Of a stretch of 64,000 nucleotides of DNA, positions 19,818 through 29,856 are shown piece by piece. The notes below the pieces were generated by a model. The model had not been told where the DNA came from. It worked only from the letters and a program-made list of their open reading frames with translations, and searched no databases. Source of the stretch: a virus. Where the stretch lies: IMG/VR virus record IMGVR_UViG_3300023110_001943, positions 1 through 64,000 of that record; one strand, 5' to 3'. The number at the start of each line of letters is the position of its first letter. Positions within the stretch are counted from its first letter, which is position 1. Made by a program: the position numbers and the translations under genes.

Positions 19818-20865
19818 TCAACTTATACATTTTGATTTTATGCAACATCGATTCAAATCACCAATCAACGATGGTTCGGATGTTCTCGCATCGGCTATAA
19901 ATCAATGTATATTATCCTCTGAAGATTTAAAAAAATCTATAACGATTCAAAATACCATAAAGAGTATTTACGAAGAATTTGAAAAAATAAAAAAAGAACA
20001 CAAAGATAAAATTTGGGTTTGGGATGAAAATTACGAACACTATGAAATGGATGAAATATTTAAATTTCTTAATCAACTTTGGAAAGATTTAGATATTAAA
20101 AAAGAATTGTTGGTAATTACTTCAGATATTCATGGAGATTATTCAGATATATTTCCCTATGGTGATTATTATTTCACACTTCATAATATGTTACTTCATT
20201 ATAGGAGAACTGATTTTGTAAATTACTATCCACCTATATCTAAAAATAAAATATTCATACAAGGTGGTTCTGCAAGAGAAGATAGAACTTATATTGCAGA
20301 ACAATTAAAAGAATTTATACCAGAAGAATTTTACATTTCAACCATTTCAGAAAATCCTTACAATCAAGGAGCAGATAAAAGTGGGAAAATGAGATATACA
20401 TACGAAGAAATGTTTAAACTAATTCATGATTCAAATATTATGTTTGTAAATGAAACTATAAGACCACCTGGTTCATACTTCTTAGAAACTTTTGAAGGAA
20501 AATCAACAGGATACACAGAAAAAACAGGAAATGCAATACTTTTTAAAAAACCCTTTTTATCTAACTCAAATCCATATTCATTACACAATCTAAGAGAAAT
20601 GGGATTTAAAACTTTTGGTGATTTTTGGAATGAGAGTTATGATTATGAATTAAATCAAAAAAATAGAATTCATTTAATAATGGAAAATGTAAAGTGGTTA
20701 TCCCAAATAGGAGATGGTGGTTTTTTTAAATTACATAGAAAATTAAGAGATATTACTGAACATAATTACAAACATTTAATTAATACAATGAATCAGTATG
20801 ATGGTTATAAACTATTCAAGCCAGATGAATTTAACTTTAAAATCCCCAAAAAAAGCTTATTATGA
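19798..20865 (+). CDS. TEK-motif protein (GT10-like)
   Basis: VNET...YTEKT...KPF...LREMGFKTF. Confidence 0.55.
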   Translation: MKSYFYNQLIHFDFMQHRFKSPINDGSDVLASAINQCILSSEDLKKSITIQNTIKSIYEEFEKIKKEHKDKIWVWDENYEHYEMDEIFKFLNQLWKDLDIKKELLVITSDIHGDYSDIFPYGDYYFTLHNMLLHYRRTDFVNYYPPISKNKIFIQGGSAREDRTYIAEQLKEFIPEEFYISTISENPYNQGADKSGKMRYTYEEMFKLIHDSNIMFVNETIRPPGSYFLETFEGKSTGYTEKTGNAILFKKPFLSNSNPYSLHNLREMGFKTFGDFWNESYDYELNQKNRIHLIMENVKWLSQIGDGGFFKLHRKLRDITEHNYKHLINTMNQYDGYKLFKPDEFNFKIPKKSLL

Positions 20866-21590
20866 AACCAATCTTATACACAAATGGAGATTCAGTAGTT
20901 TGGGGAGCTGAATTAGAAAATAAACAAAGAGAAAGATTTTCTAATTTAATTTCTGGTAAACTTGGTATGATTGACTGTAATAACGCATCCTCTGGAGTAT
21001 CAAACGATTATATATACAGACAAACTATGAGAGATGTTTGTTATTGGTTAGAAACACAAAAATGTTGGAGTGAAGAATCGGGTTGGGTAAAATCAGATGA
21101 GCTCGTTGTTATTATTGGTTGGACTTCACCAACAAGATTTGAATGGTGGAATGGAAAAGAATATCAACAAGAGAGATTGTGGGTAGGATATGATAAGTGG
21201 GGTGATAAAGATAAAGATAGAACAACCGAAGATGTATTTGTCTTAAATCAAACGGAAGATATACCATCTTATATCAGAACTTTTAATCATATTATAGGAT
21301 TGGGAGCGTTTTTAGATTTTCATGAAATACCATACATTTTTTCAAATGTTTTTTATGAATACAATCTTAACTTAGATGTTCAGACTAAAATAGATGAGTT
21401 TGGTAGAGAAGAAAATCAAATAGTTTTAAATTCTTTATGGGAACAACTTCCACACGATTTCAAAGAATTTACTTTATATAATTATATTAAAGAGAATGGT
21501 GGTGAGTTTTTACCAAGAAAGCATCCAAATAAAAACTCACACAAAATTATATCAGAATTGTTATTGAAAAAAATATATGGATTTATCTAA
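20862..21590 (+). CDS. SGNH/GDSL-like protein
   Basis: NGDSVVWG, GVSN, IGWT, KHPN. Confidence 0.7.
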   Translation: MKPILYTNGDSVVWGAELENKQRERFSNLISGKLGMIDCNNASSGVSNDYIYRQTMRDVCYWLETQKCWSEESGWVKSDELVVIIGWTSPTRFEWWNGKEYQQERLWVGYDKWGDKDKDRTTEDVFVLNQTEDIPSYIRTFNHIIGLGAFLDFHEIPYIFSNVFYEYNLNLDVQTKIDEFGREENQIVLNSLWEQLPHDFKEFTLYNYIKENGGEFLPRKHPNKNSHKIISELLLKKIYGFI

Positions 21591-22914
21591 ATTTAAACAT
21601 ATTGTTACGAGTGGTTGTAGTTATGGAATGATGGCGGGTTCTATATCAAATCCTGTTTGTTCTAATGCATCAGTAAAATCTGTTTTGGAAGGAATGGATA
21701 CAAAACGAACTTCTAATTTAAAACAACTATTCGGACAAGATTTATCAAAAACTTACTTTGTAACAAAGGGAGATGTAATCGTTTGGGATTTTGCTGTTAG
21801 AAGTCAATCTTCAGAGTGGATTGCAGACTCACTTGAACGAGCCCTTGATTTTCTACTTGATAAAGGAGTACCTTCTGAAAATATCTATTGTTTTGCAGAG
21901 TGGACGCAATGGGATAGAATATCAATAGATAAATTTGATTGGTTAGATATGAAAGATGAGGATTTTAATATTCAATCAGAAAGAGAAAACTTTGGGTTAT
22001 CTTTTCCAATGCATTTACGAGAAGGAGAACTATTTGAGGTACGAGAATATTCAAAAGAATTGCACCAATATCTTTTTGAAATGGGAATGGGTACTTCAAA
22101 TGGAAATATAGGAAAAATATTAGATAGGTTTTATTTAACACCAACACATACTCATCCAGATGATATGTTATCAGAAAAGGCCAAAAAGTGGCATGAACTG
22201 GCAATGGAACATGAGTTATCAGTACCAATAGAAACTAAAATTATTAATTATTTAAACAATATAATTAGAACTCAAAATTTTTGTAAATTAAATAATATAA
22301 AATATAATTTTGTTTTCATGCAAGAATCATTAAGTGTTTGGTATAGAGATATCGAAACCACTACACTTAAACATTTGTATGATGATTATTCTCATAAATT
22401 TATGTTCGCTAGAGATAATAAGTTAGTAAAAAATTTACAATACAATCCTATTGCAGATAAGAAAACAAATATTGAAGAAGTTTATTTACCTGCAAAAAGT
22501 AAAATTAAACAAATTGATTTTGATAATATTTGGTTTTATAAAAATGAAAAGTTTGAAAGAGGTGGTATTGATGAGTGGGCGATAGATACATTTGGACATG
22601 GATGTATGATTAGTGATTATCATGTTGATTTAATATTAAATAATAAACTTAATGAGATTGGTATTACCGAAGTAATAACAGCTCATGGATATCATCCAGC
22701 AACTGAACTTTATAAGTTAATTTGGAATGAATCTGCATTCAATTGTAACTTCTTCAAAATGGATGAGGAATATATTAACAAACTTACAGATATGATTTGG
22801 CAAGATTTGAATTATGAGAGAGTTAGTAAGAATTGTTTACTAATATCTAAAAAAGAATTAGAAAGGTTATTTAAATTACAAAATTCAAATCTTGTACCAG
22901 ATAATTTAATATAA
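21577..22914 (+). CDS. Large SGNH/GDSL-like protein
   Basis: SGCSYG, EWT, GGIDEW, YHPA. Confidence 0.6.
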   Translation: MDLSKFKHIVTSGCSYGMMAGSISNPVCSNASVKSVLEGMDTKRTSNLKQLFGQDLSKTYFVTKGDVIVWDFAVRSQSSEWIADSLERALDFLLDKGVPSENIYCFAEWTQWDRISIDKFDWLDMKDEDFNIQSERENFGLSFPMHLREGELFEVREYSKELHQYLFEMGMGTSNGNIGKILDRFYLTPTHTHPDDMLSEKAKKWHELAMEHELSVPIETKIINYLNNIIRTQNFCKLNNIKYNFVFMQESLSVWYRDIETTTLKHLYDDYSHKFMFARDNKLVKNLQYNPIADKKTNIEEVYLPAKSKIKQIDFDNIWFYKNEKFERGGIDEWAIDTFGHGCMISDYHVDLILNNKLNEIGITEVITAHGYHPATELYKLIWNESAFNCNFFKMDEEYINKLTDMIWQDLNYERVSKNCLLISKKELERLFKLQNSNLVPDNLI

Positions 22915-23324
22915 TGGGACCAGAAGAATTTTTTCATAGAAATAGGTTAATAAACGAAAACGAACTTTTCGAGATGCGAGTTAAATCTCTTGATTGGATG
23001 TTGGGTTGTTATAAAAATGGTACTATTAGAAGAAGAACAATAATGAATCTAATACCACTTGAAAATTTATATTCTTTACTTAAACATATGGAAGAAATCG
23101 AGAGGTACGAAGATTGTGTAATAATAAAAGATGTAATTGATATAATATACGAACAAACTAAACAAGTAAAAATGAGTACAAAAAGACAAAGAGAGATAAT
23201 TGGATTATTAGAATCCACTATAAAATCAGAGCAAGATAAAGTAGGTGGTGGTAATTCAGAAATTATTGAAAAGTTAGAAAAAAAGTTAAATCAAGTTAAA
23301 GATTGGAGACCAAAAGATGAGTAG
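22914..23324 (+). CDS. Protein with UVR-like motif
   Basis: MEEIERYEDCVIIKD. Confidence 0.55.
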   Translation: MGPEEFFHRNRLINENELFEMRVKSLDWMLGCYKNGTIRRRTIMNLIPLENLYSLLKHMEEIERYEDCVIIKDVIDIIYEQTKQVKMSTKRQREIIGLLESTIKSEQDKVGGGNSEIIEKLEKKLNQVKDWRPKDE

Positions 23325-23440
23325 TAAATTTTTCGGAAATAAACACGATAATCAAAATGGTTCGAGAGGAAAACAAAAGAGTAATATGCAAGGAAATCGA
23401 ACCAACAGCAAAAGGAATCAGGGTGTAAAGAAATCAGGTC

Positions 23441-24094
23441 GTGGTAGATAAATCAAATTTATGGATTTTTGGAGACTCTTTCTCTGCACCTTTCTATCAT
23501 AAGAAAAACAAATCATGGTCGGAAGCGTATAGTAAATACTTGGGTTATTATCCGTCTTGTTTTGGTGAATTACTTGCCAAAGAATTGAACATGAATTTAA
23601 AGAACGAGGCAGAACCTGGTATTGGAAATGAATCTATTATTGATAGGATTATCTTAAATTTAGGTAATATTAAAGAAGATGATATTGTAATAATAGGATG
23701 GTCATCACCAACAAGATGGCGGTATGTTGAAAATAATGAATGGCGTGATGTAGTTTCACCAGAGGATGAATCTAATGCATTAAAAGAATCTACAATAAAA
23801 GAAATCAGTATAAATAGAATGGACCTATTATATGAATCAGAGCTATGTAATAGAGCGGAACTTGTAGATAAAGTTTTGGGTTCTCCTAATAAAAGATTTG
23901 TATATCATTGGATATGGTATGCAATCAAACAATATAACTTAATACATAGAATTAGAGGTGAGAGAATCAAAGATGAAACCAAAGGAGAACTCGATGATAA
24001 TCACTTCAGTGCAAAATCACATAAAATAATGGTGAAGAAAATTATTAACGAATTTGAAATATGGAAAGCAATTAACGATTCGAACCCCCTTTAG
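23441..24094 (+). CDS. SGNH/GDSL-like protein
   Basis: FGDSFS, GIGNE, IGWS, DNHFS. Confidence 0.7.
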   Translation: MVDKSNLWIFGDSFSAPFYHKKNKSWSEAYSKYLGYYPSCFGELLAKELNMNLKNEAEPGIGNESIIDRIILNLGNIKEDDIVIIGWSSPTRWRYVENNEWRDVVSPEDESNALKESTIKEISINRMDLLYESELCNRAELVDKVLGSPNKRFVYHWIWYAIKQYNLIHRIRGERIKDETKGELDDNHFSAKSHKIMVKKIINEFEIWKAINDSNPL

Positions 24095-24312
24095 AACATT
24101 ATGGAAAAGACCCAATACATTTATTATAACGAAGCATGGAATGATGACCCAAGAGATGAGGACCATGAAGATTTTGTAGATACTTATATAGAACCAAAAG
24201 AAGATACTACCTATTACGATGATTATGAGGATTATGGGAACTAATTCCTTTCGTTCTTTTGTCGTGGGGGGTTCGATGAGTCGCCAAAGAAAATTTTTCA
24301 CCCTATTTTTTA

Positions 24313-24516
24313 TTGATAGTAGTATTTATAGACATAACAAATAACATAAGAATTAAACAAATGAAATATCACTTAAACATACGAGAACAAAGAAAAAACA
24401 AAGATAATTGTTGTGGTGGTAATGGACCGAATTGTAAATGTTCATCGAATACGAACCAAAAAAACTCAATGGTAGAATTTTTCAAAACAATGAAATCAAA
24501 TTTTGTAGAAAAATGA
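24313..24516 (+). CDS. Small Cys-rich protein
   Basis: CCGG...CKC; likely start ATG 24361. Confidence 0.45.
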   Translation: MIVVFIDITNNIRIKQMKYHLNIREQRKNKDNCCGGNGPNCKCSSNTNQKNSMVEFFKTMKSNFVEK

Positions 24517-24767
24517 AATCACTCTCTAATTTTTTGATAGTACTTACCATATGGATTGGTATGTTAGTTATAATAGGATTAAGCATCCACAAACATTGGG
24601 GTTCTCCTTATGGTGTTTGGATTCCTCTTGCATTCTTAGCACTTTCGTTTAGAGAAATAACCAAGCTTGGTACAAGTAATAATTCCAATAAAGATTCAGC
24701 ACCTCGTACTCCTTATGATATAACACAAGAAGATATAGATAAGGATATACATGAGGGAAGGGAATGA
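24438..24767 (+). CDS. Small two-TM membrane protein
   Basis: Two hydrophobic helices; likely start 24513. Confidence 0.5.
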   Translation: MFIEYEPKKLNGRIFQNNEIKFCRKMKSLSNFLIVLTIWIGMLVIIGLSIHKHWGSPYGVWIPLAFLALSFREITKLGTSNNSNKDSAPRTPYDITQEDIDKDIHEGRE

Positions 24768-24769
24768 GT

Positions 24770-25270
24770 AGCTCACTATCACCCTATATCTAATACTCCC
24801 TTAGTACTCCCACAATCCCCAAGTTCCCAAAGTACCCCTACTCCCCTACTCAATAGTACGAGGTTGAAAACTTCGATTTAAGAGGTCTGAGAATGAATCC
24901 GTACCCCAATATGACACCATAGGAGATATAACCTTAGAAATCACCCCATGAAGTGTAGAAAGGTTCTACGCACCCCATTACTCCTTACTGGTGTATATTT
25001 TCACACCCTATATCATAATGTGATATATAATACTTTCCACTTTTTACCACTTAATACCACTCTATCACTATACTGGAGAGGCTCATGTTCGTGTGTGGAC
25101 AGGCCTTTTTTTCTCCCACGCGTAATATGACACTCTGTCATGTCCACCCCAAATCCCCAATTTTCGAGCATGAGATTCCGCTCATCGGTATGTAAGACAA
25201 AATGTCATGTTAATAACTTTTTGGGGTGTTGATAACTTTTCGAGCTCGTTTGACAAATTGTCATGTCATT
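24770..25270. other. Non-coding control region, candidate replication origin or genome terminus/packaging site
   Basis: Longest gene-free stretch; periodic C tracts, 10-bp-phased CCAC, two TGTT(A/G)ATAACTTTT repeats, three TGACA-N3-TGTCA-type palindromes. Confidence 0.45.
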
Positions 25271-25414
25271 TATTTGGAAATGTGAAAAAAATTTCGTATA
25301 TTGTAAGGGTGCGGAGGGTGGGTGAGTATCTGCTCATTAAAAAAAAGATGCAAAAAAGTGAAGAAAATGCTTGGATATATGGAAATTTTTTCGTATATTT
25401 ACTATGTAAATGAG
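25251..25414 (+). repeat. 164-bp diverged direct repeat, copy 1 (operator, promoter, G-rich leader, promoter)
   Basis: Colinear and same length as 26053-26216. Confidence 0.75.
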
Positions 25415-25444
25415 ATTAATTAAAACAAATAAAACTTTAAAATT

Positions 25445-25660
25445 ATGTTAGTAGTATTAGAATCAGTAGGAAGTGTGTTTGACACTGAAAAAGGAATCAT
25501 CTACCCTCAGTTAGAAGATGGTGGTTATGATAAAGAATTTGCTATCTCCATAGATGAGGAGGAAGTTGCTTCTGATTGGTGGGATGCTTTATCTGAAGAG
25601 GATTTCAAAGTAGTTAAGTATGGTGTATCATTAGGTAAACAGAATGAGTATGTTAAATAA
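25445..25660 (+). CDS. Small acidic early protein
   Basis: ORF directly downstream of strong promoter. Confidence 0.65.
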   Translation: MLVVLESVGSVFDTEKGIIYPQLEDGGYDKEFAISIDEEEVASDWWDALSEEDFKVVKYGVSLGKQNEYVK

Positions 25661-25788
25661 GTTATATAAGAAGTACCAGCAATGGATTGATTTAGTAGGA
25701 GGTTTTGCATTTATTGTAGGACTTTTCTATATGTTCTATGTTAGTTTATGGATATTTTGTCCTTGTGGGTAAAAAAAGTTAATAAAAG

Positions 25789-25830
25789 ACTTGGTCAATT
25801 CAAATATTTTTCGTATATTTGTATTGTAAG
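25789..25830 (+). promoter_or_regulatory. Early promoter driving a putative sRNA
   Basis: ACTTGG...TTTTCGTATATTTGTATTGTAAG. Confidence 0.75.
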
Positions 25831-26045
25831 TTGAGGTTCTGATTGAGATATTACTCTAAGAACCGATTGAAATAACGAAGTAAGTCTTTATAGGTGATGA
25901 AAGATACTCGAGCATTCGTATTCTGTTGAGGTTAGGGGTTTCCTCAACATATAAAAAGAGAGACCCACACACTCTCTCCTATCCTAAGTGTTCATCCGAA
26001 CCACCCACCGTGAAGAATTGGTCTCTCACTCGGTGGGTTTTTTTT
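25830..26045 (+). ncRNA. Putative structured small RNA (about 215 nt)
   Basis: Bounded by promoter and terminator, no credible ORF, several hairpins. Confidence 0.5.
26003..26045 (+). terminator. Intrinsic terminator
   Basis: ACCCACCG...CGGTGGGT stem plus T8. Confidence 0.75.
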
Positions 26046-26052
26046 GTCTTTA

Positions 26053-26216
26053 TGACAAATTGTCATACAAATAATTTGGTCATGTCCCAAAAATTTCGTA
26101 TCTTTAGGGTGGTTGTGGGTGGGAGTTATAGTTGAGGTTCGAAAAATAAATGCAAAATAATTAAGAAAATGCTTGGATATGTCAAATATTATTCGTATAT
26201 TTACTATGTAAATGAG
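26053..26216 (+). repeat. 164-bp diverged direct repeat, copy 2
   Basis: Colinear with 25251-25414. Confidence 0.75.
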
Positions 26217-26850
26217 TGATAATATAAACCTTAAAAGAATGAAAAATAAAGTAAAAATCTCGATTCAAGGAAATCAGTTCCTAATCCCTTCAGACTCAGT
26301 AAGTTACGATAAGTACAACAACAACGAACCTTATATCTATATGAGGGCTAAGTTGTGTGCTTCGATAATCAAACAATTTGTAAAGAAAGAATTTCCTAAC
26401 CTCGTGGTATCTGCTACCTCTGAGACATATAGTGGTGGTTCTTCTGTGAGAGTATCTGTTTGTAATAAAGATGGTTCTTCTATAAACGAATCAGATTTCA
26501 AAAGAATCTCTAATTGGAAATACATCTTACAAGGTGGTTCTTTCAATGGTATGTATGATATCTACGAATACAGAGAAGATTCTCCAACTACCGATAGTGG
26601 TACTGCTTTAAAGTACTTCCCTTCTTACATCTTTATAGATAACAAACCAGGTTGGGGTACTAAAGAATATTGGATAAACGAGTGGAACGAGTGGTGTAAG
26701 AAAACCGATATAGGTTATACTCCTACCGATGATGAGAAAGTATGGATTGATAACGTTGTGAATAAGTACGGTGGTTGGTTAGGATATAATAAGCAATTCA
26801 TGAGTAAGACAGTACTTAAGAACATCGACTCTATAATGGGTTGTGTATAA
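26212..26850 (+). CDS. LPD29-like (large polyvalent protein-associated) domain protein
   Basis: KKEFP...SETYSGGSSVRV...FNGMYDIYEY. Confidence 0.55.
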   Translation: MSDNINLKRMKNKVKISIQGNQFLIPSDSVSYDKYNNNEPYIYMRAKLCASIIKQFVKKEFPNLVVSATSETYSGGSSVRVSVCNKDGSSINESDFKRISNWKYILQGGSFNGMYDIYEYREDSPTTDSGTALKYFPSYIFIDNKPGWGTKEYWINEWNEWCKKTDIGYTPTDDEKVWIDNVVNKYGGWLGYNKQFMSKTVLKNIDSIMGCV

Positions 26851-26928
26851 TAAAAAAACATTTGTGGTAAGTGAACTAATAATAAGACTAGCTCACCTAC
26901 CCATATATAAGACTAAATAAATAATAAT

Positions 26929-27180
26929 ATGTACAAACACAGAAACTGTATCATAGAAGATACACCATCAGATAAGTACCCTACTATGGTTACTATAACT
27001 AAGACACCTAAGTTGAGGTCTTACTTTCAAGATAGAAGATACCTGACACTAAAACATGCACACACCGCGATAGAACTCTTCGAGAGTGAGAGGTTGATAA
27101 ATTCTAAGGAGAAGTATGTGAAATCTCAACTCGAAGAAGTAGTTGTGCTTTCTGAAAACGAGACCGGTGGGGAGGGGTAG
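26929..27180 (+). CDS. Hypothetical protein
   Basis: 83-aa ORF with AT-rich leader. Confidence 0.55.
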   Translation: MYKHRNCIIEDTPSDKYPTMVTITKTPKLRSYFQDRRYLTLKHAHTAIELFESERLINSKEKYVKSQLEEVVVLSENETGGEG

Positions 27181-27227
27181 TACCCTTCAAAGGTTTCTTG
27201 TAACTGGGAGCGAATGACTTTGTGAGA

Positions 27228-27267
27228 GGAGGCTCGGAGTGGTTTTTCTATCGGCCTCCATTTTTTT
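27228..27267 (+). terminator. Possible intrinsic terminator
   Basis: GGAGGC...GCCTCC plus T7, with a large loop. Confidence 0.45.
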
Positions 27268-27367
27268 CCCCATAGGAAAAAATAGGTTAGTACCTACATA
27301 TAGGTAGCATGATATATGAAAAGGAAGTTAAAATAAAAAGTGAGCATCCTCGTGGGGATGTACACAT

Positions 27368-27438
27368 GGACAGTTGGCCGAGTGGTGAGGTGGAGGATTG
27401 CAAATCCTTATACATAGGTTCGAATCCTATACTGTCCT
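27368..27438 (+). tRNA. tRNA-Cys(GCA)
   Basis: GGACAGT/ACTGTCC acceptor stem, TTGCAAA anticodon loop, TTCGAAT T loop. Confidence 0.92.
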
Positions 27439-27440
27439 CT

Positions 27441-27572
27441 ATGAAGAACGAGGTTAAAAATTTTTTAAAAGAATGGCTTAAATTAAATACCCGTCCTATT
27501 ACATGGTGGGTTATCCTTATATGGACTTTTGTATTCTGGTCTTTTGTATTTAGATTAGTAGGTCTTATATAA
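27441..27572 (+). CDS. Small membrane protein
   Basis: ATG immediately after tRNA-Cys, single hydrophobic helix. Confidence 0.5.
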   Translation: MKNEVKNFLKEWLKLNTRPITWWVILIWTFVFWSFVFRLVGLI

Positions 27573-27675
27573 GGGTTATTATCTATACTACTACTACTTA
27601 TACCTATATGTGAGCTGATAGTATTAGTATTACAGGTACCGATAAAATCGAGGTTTATAAATTTAAAATAAAAAT

Positions 27676-28083
27676 ATGAAAAACAAGTTAGATATTATAG
27701 ATTGGTTCTTAGTTATAGCATTGGGGTTCTACCTATTCATGGGTACTATGACAACTTATGGACAAGAACTAAAAGGAATTACTATTGATAAATCTCAGAT
27801 TGTAACTATTACATTCGAAGATGGTTCAAGAGATAAACTTTATCAAAATACTGATAATGGAGTTGAATTGGTTTATGTTCCAAAGGGTGAGTTGAAACTT
27901 ACACCAAAGGAATATGAACGATTTGTTAAACTAATTAAAAAGGCTTCTAAAAAAACGAATTCAGAATACAAAGAAGATAAGTATATTATCAACTCGTATT
28001 CTTGGTCTGATGATTCAGTATATTTTGTGAATAACAAAAATAACATCGGTGAGTTGTTTATAGAAGATATAGATAAGTTATGA
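27676..28083 (+). CDS. Exported or membrane-anchored hypothetical protein
   Basis: N-terminal hydrophobic signal-like segment. Confidence 0.6.
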   Translation: MKNKLDIIDWFLVIALGFYLFMGTMTTYGQELKGITIDKSQIVTITFEDGSRDKLYQNTDNGVELVYVPKGELKLTPKEYERFVKLIKKASKKTNSEYKEDKYIINSYSWSDDSVYFVNNKNNIGELFIEDIDKL

Positions 28084-28325
28084 ATTGGGAAGCAATAGTT
28101 GGATTTACAATATTAGGAATAGTCATCTTTATTAAACAGTTCGGAATTGACCTTTTAGAGAAAACTAAGGGATGGAAACGAAACCAAGCAAAAGGTGATG
28201 AAAGATGGAAATGGGCAACTACTCCACCTTACTTTACTTTTCAAAAGATTGTGTATTGGATAACAGTAGTAATAGTATTATCAATTACTCTTTACTTAGG
28301 ATTCAAATTAGAAATGATGATGTAA
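28080..28325 (+). CDS. Two-TM membrane protein
   Basis: Two hydrophobic helices. Confidence 0.55.
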   Translation: MNWEAIVGFTILGIVIFIKQFGIDLLEKTKGWKRNQAKGDERWKWATTPPYFTFQKIVYWITVVIVLSITLYLGFKLEMMM

Positions 28326-28328
28326 AAA

Positions 28329-28363
28329 TTTGGATATCTCGAATTTTTTTCGTATATTTGTAA
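28329..28363 (+). promoter_or_regulatory. Early promoter
   Basis: TTTGG...TTTTCGTATATTTGTAA. Confidence 0.75.
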
Positions 28364-28367
28364 CAAT

Positions 28368-28598
28368 ATGAAATTAGACCAACAATGGTGGAAAGAATAT
28401 AATGATACTCCACGAAAGATTATGGAACGAGAATTAGCTAAATATGGTGGTGACCATAAGAAGTTTCTCGATAATGTAATGTGGGATACTCCACCTCCAC
28501 CTAAGACTGAAGAAGAAAAGTTAGAAGAAAGAAAACAAAGAGAGTGGGAATCGCATCCCTTTAAAGATTTTATAGATAAAGATTCAATATTATTATGA
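28368..28598 (+). CDS. Hypothetical protein
   Basis: ORF immediately downstream of promoter. Confidence 0.55.
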   Translation: MKLDQQWWKEYNDTPRKIMERELAKYGGDHKKFLDNVMWDTPPPPKTEEEKLEERKQREWESHPFKDFIDKDSILL

Positions 28599-28972
28599 AC
28601 GAAAAGAAATTAGAATTTAGAGATTGGAAAGATATCTTATCCGAGATGGATGAGTATCAGTTAGATAATTTAAGTTTTGCAATGAAACACATAGATATGA
28701 GATTAGATACAAAACAAGAAGTAACTTTGGGTAGAATATTACATTGGCTTAAAGTAATTAGAGATGCTGGTACTATGGAAGGTGGGATAAGATTAGGTAA
28801 TCTAAGTTATGGAACTAAAGATTTACCATTATATAGGATTTCATTTTTAATTAAAAATATTGAATCAATTATCCAATCAGGAATATATAATGATGAACAG
28901 CAAGATTGGTTAAATGGGTTACACCAATGGTATAAAGATAACGATAGTAATTTAAAAAATTCGTATAGTTAA
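28595..28972 (+). CDS. Hypothetical protein, Y..LN..Y paralog family
   Basis: C-terminal SIIQSGIYNDEQQDWLNGLHQWY. Confidence 0.6.
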   Translation: MNEKKLEFRDWKDILSEMDEYQLDNLSFAMKHIDMRLDTKQEVTLGRILHWLKVIRDAGTMEGGIRLGNLSYGTKDLPLYRISFLIKNIESIIQSGIYNDEQQDWLNGLHQWYKDNDSNLKNSYS

Positions 28973-28982
28973 TAATAACATT

Positions 28983-29726
28983 ATGGATAATAGAATTGTA
29001 AAACTATACGGATTAAATCATTCAGGTTCCCACTACTTAGCTTGGTTACTAAATGAAAATTTTAGTAACATGGTAATACTACATTCACATACAGGATGGA
29101 ATCATGGATATAGGGTTTTTGAATTTGAATGGGATGCTACCAAGTGGAACACAGACCCTTATTTTGATGGAGATATAAACGAACACGCAACAGTATTAAA
29201 ATCAGAATTATTAAACTCTGGGAAACCTGTAACTCATTATGAAGATGATATAAGAAAATTATATGAATCCAAAGAACTTCCTATGTTTATATTAGTAAGA
29301 AACCCATATACTTGGTTATACTCATATTGTGTAAAACATTTTAGAGATGGTGGAGGTAGAAACTTACAACGAGGTATGCAGTTATGGTCTAATATTAATA
29401 GAGACTATCGTGATATGCCATGGCCAAAGGAACATTATATTAAATATGAAAAACTAAGAGATGATACAGAATTTGAATTAAAAAGAATATCTGAATTTTT
29501 AGATAAACCATTTAAGAAAGATACCATCATAGATACTGAACAAAACGCTGTAGAATTATCTCAAGGTAATAATACAAATCGAAAATTTAAAAAAACAAAC
29601 GAAGCTGATTATACAAATATAATTAATTCAATATGTAAGCACGAAGGCATAACTCATCAACAATTTTCTATAATGTTTAATGATATGATTGCTAAGGATG
29701 TTTTGGATTGGTACAATAAACTTTAA
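28983..29726 (+). CDS. Sulfotransferase-like P-loop protein
   Basis: GLNHSGSHYL (5'-PSB-like), VRNPY.WL.S (3'-PB), IKYEKL. Confidence 0.7.
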   Translation: MDNRIVKLYGLNHSGSHYLAWLLNENFSNMVILHSHTGWNHGYRVFEFEWDATKWNTDPYFDGDINEHATVLKSELLNSGKPVTHYEDDIRKLYESKELPMFILVRNPYTWLYSYCVKHFRDGGGRNLQRGMQLWSNINRDYRDMPWPKEHYIKYEKLRDDTEFELKRISEFLDKPFKKDTIIDTEQNAVELSQGNNTNRKFKKTNEADYTNIINSICKHEGITHQQFSIMFNDMIAKDVLDWYNKL

Positions 29727-29856
29727 ACTATGTTACAAATTATAAACACTTACTTAATCATAGGTCTAATATGGTTATTACTTCATGAAGTAGTTGGAAT
29801 GAAAATGGATAATGGTATGAGAATTAGATTATGGTTATTATGGCCATTTACTTTAA

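Noticed and set aside
24948-26135. ORFs 24948-25130, 25207-25413 and 25926-26135
   Set aside because: They run across promoter, operator and terminator elements and have atypical composition.
27309-27440. N-terminal part of ORF 27309-27572
   Set aside because: Runs through tRNA-Cys; the plausible start is ATG 27441.
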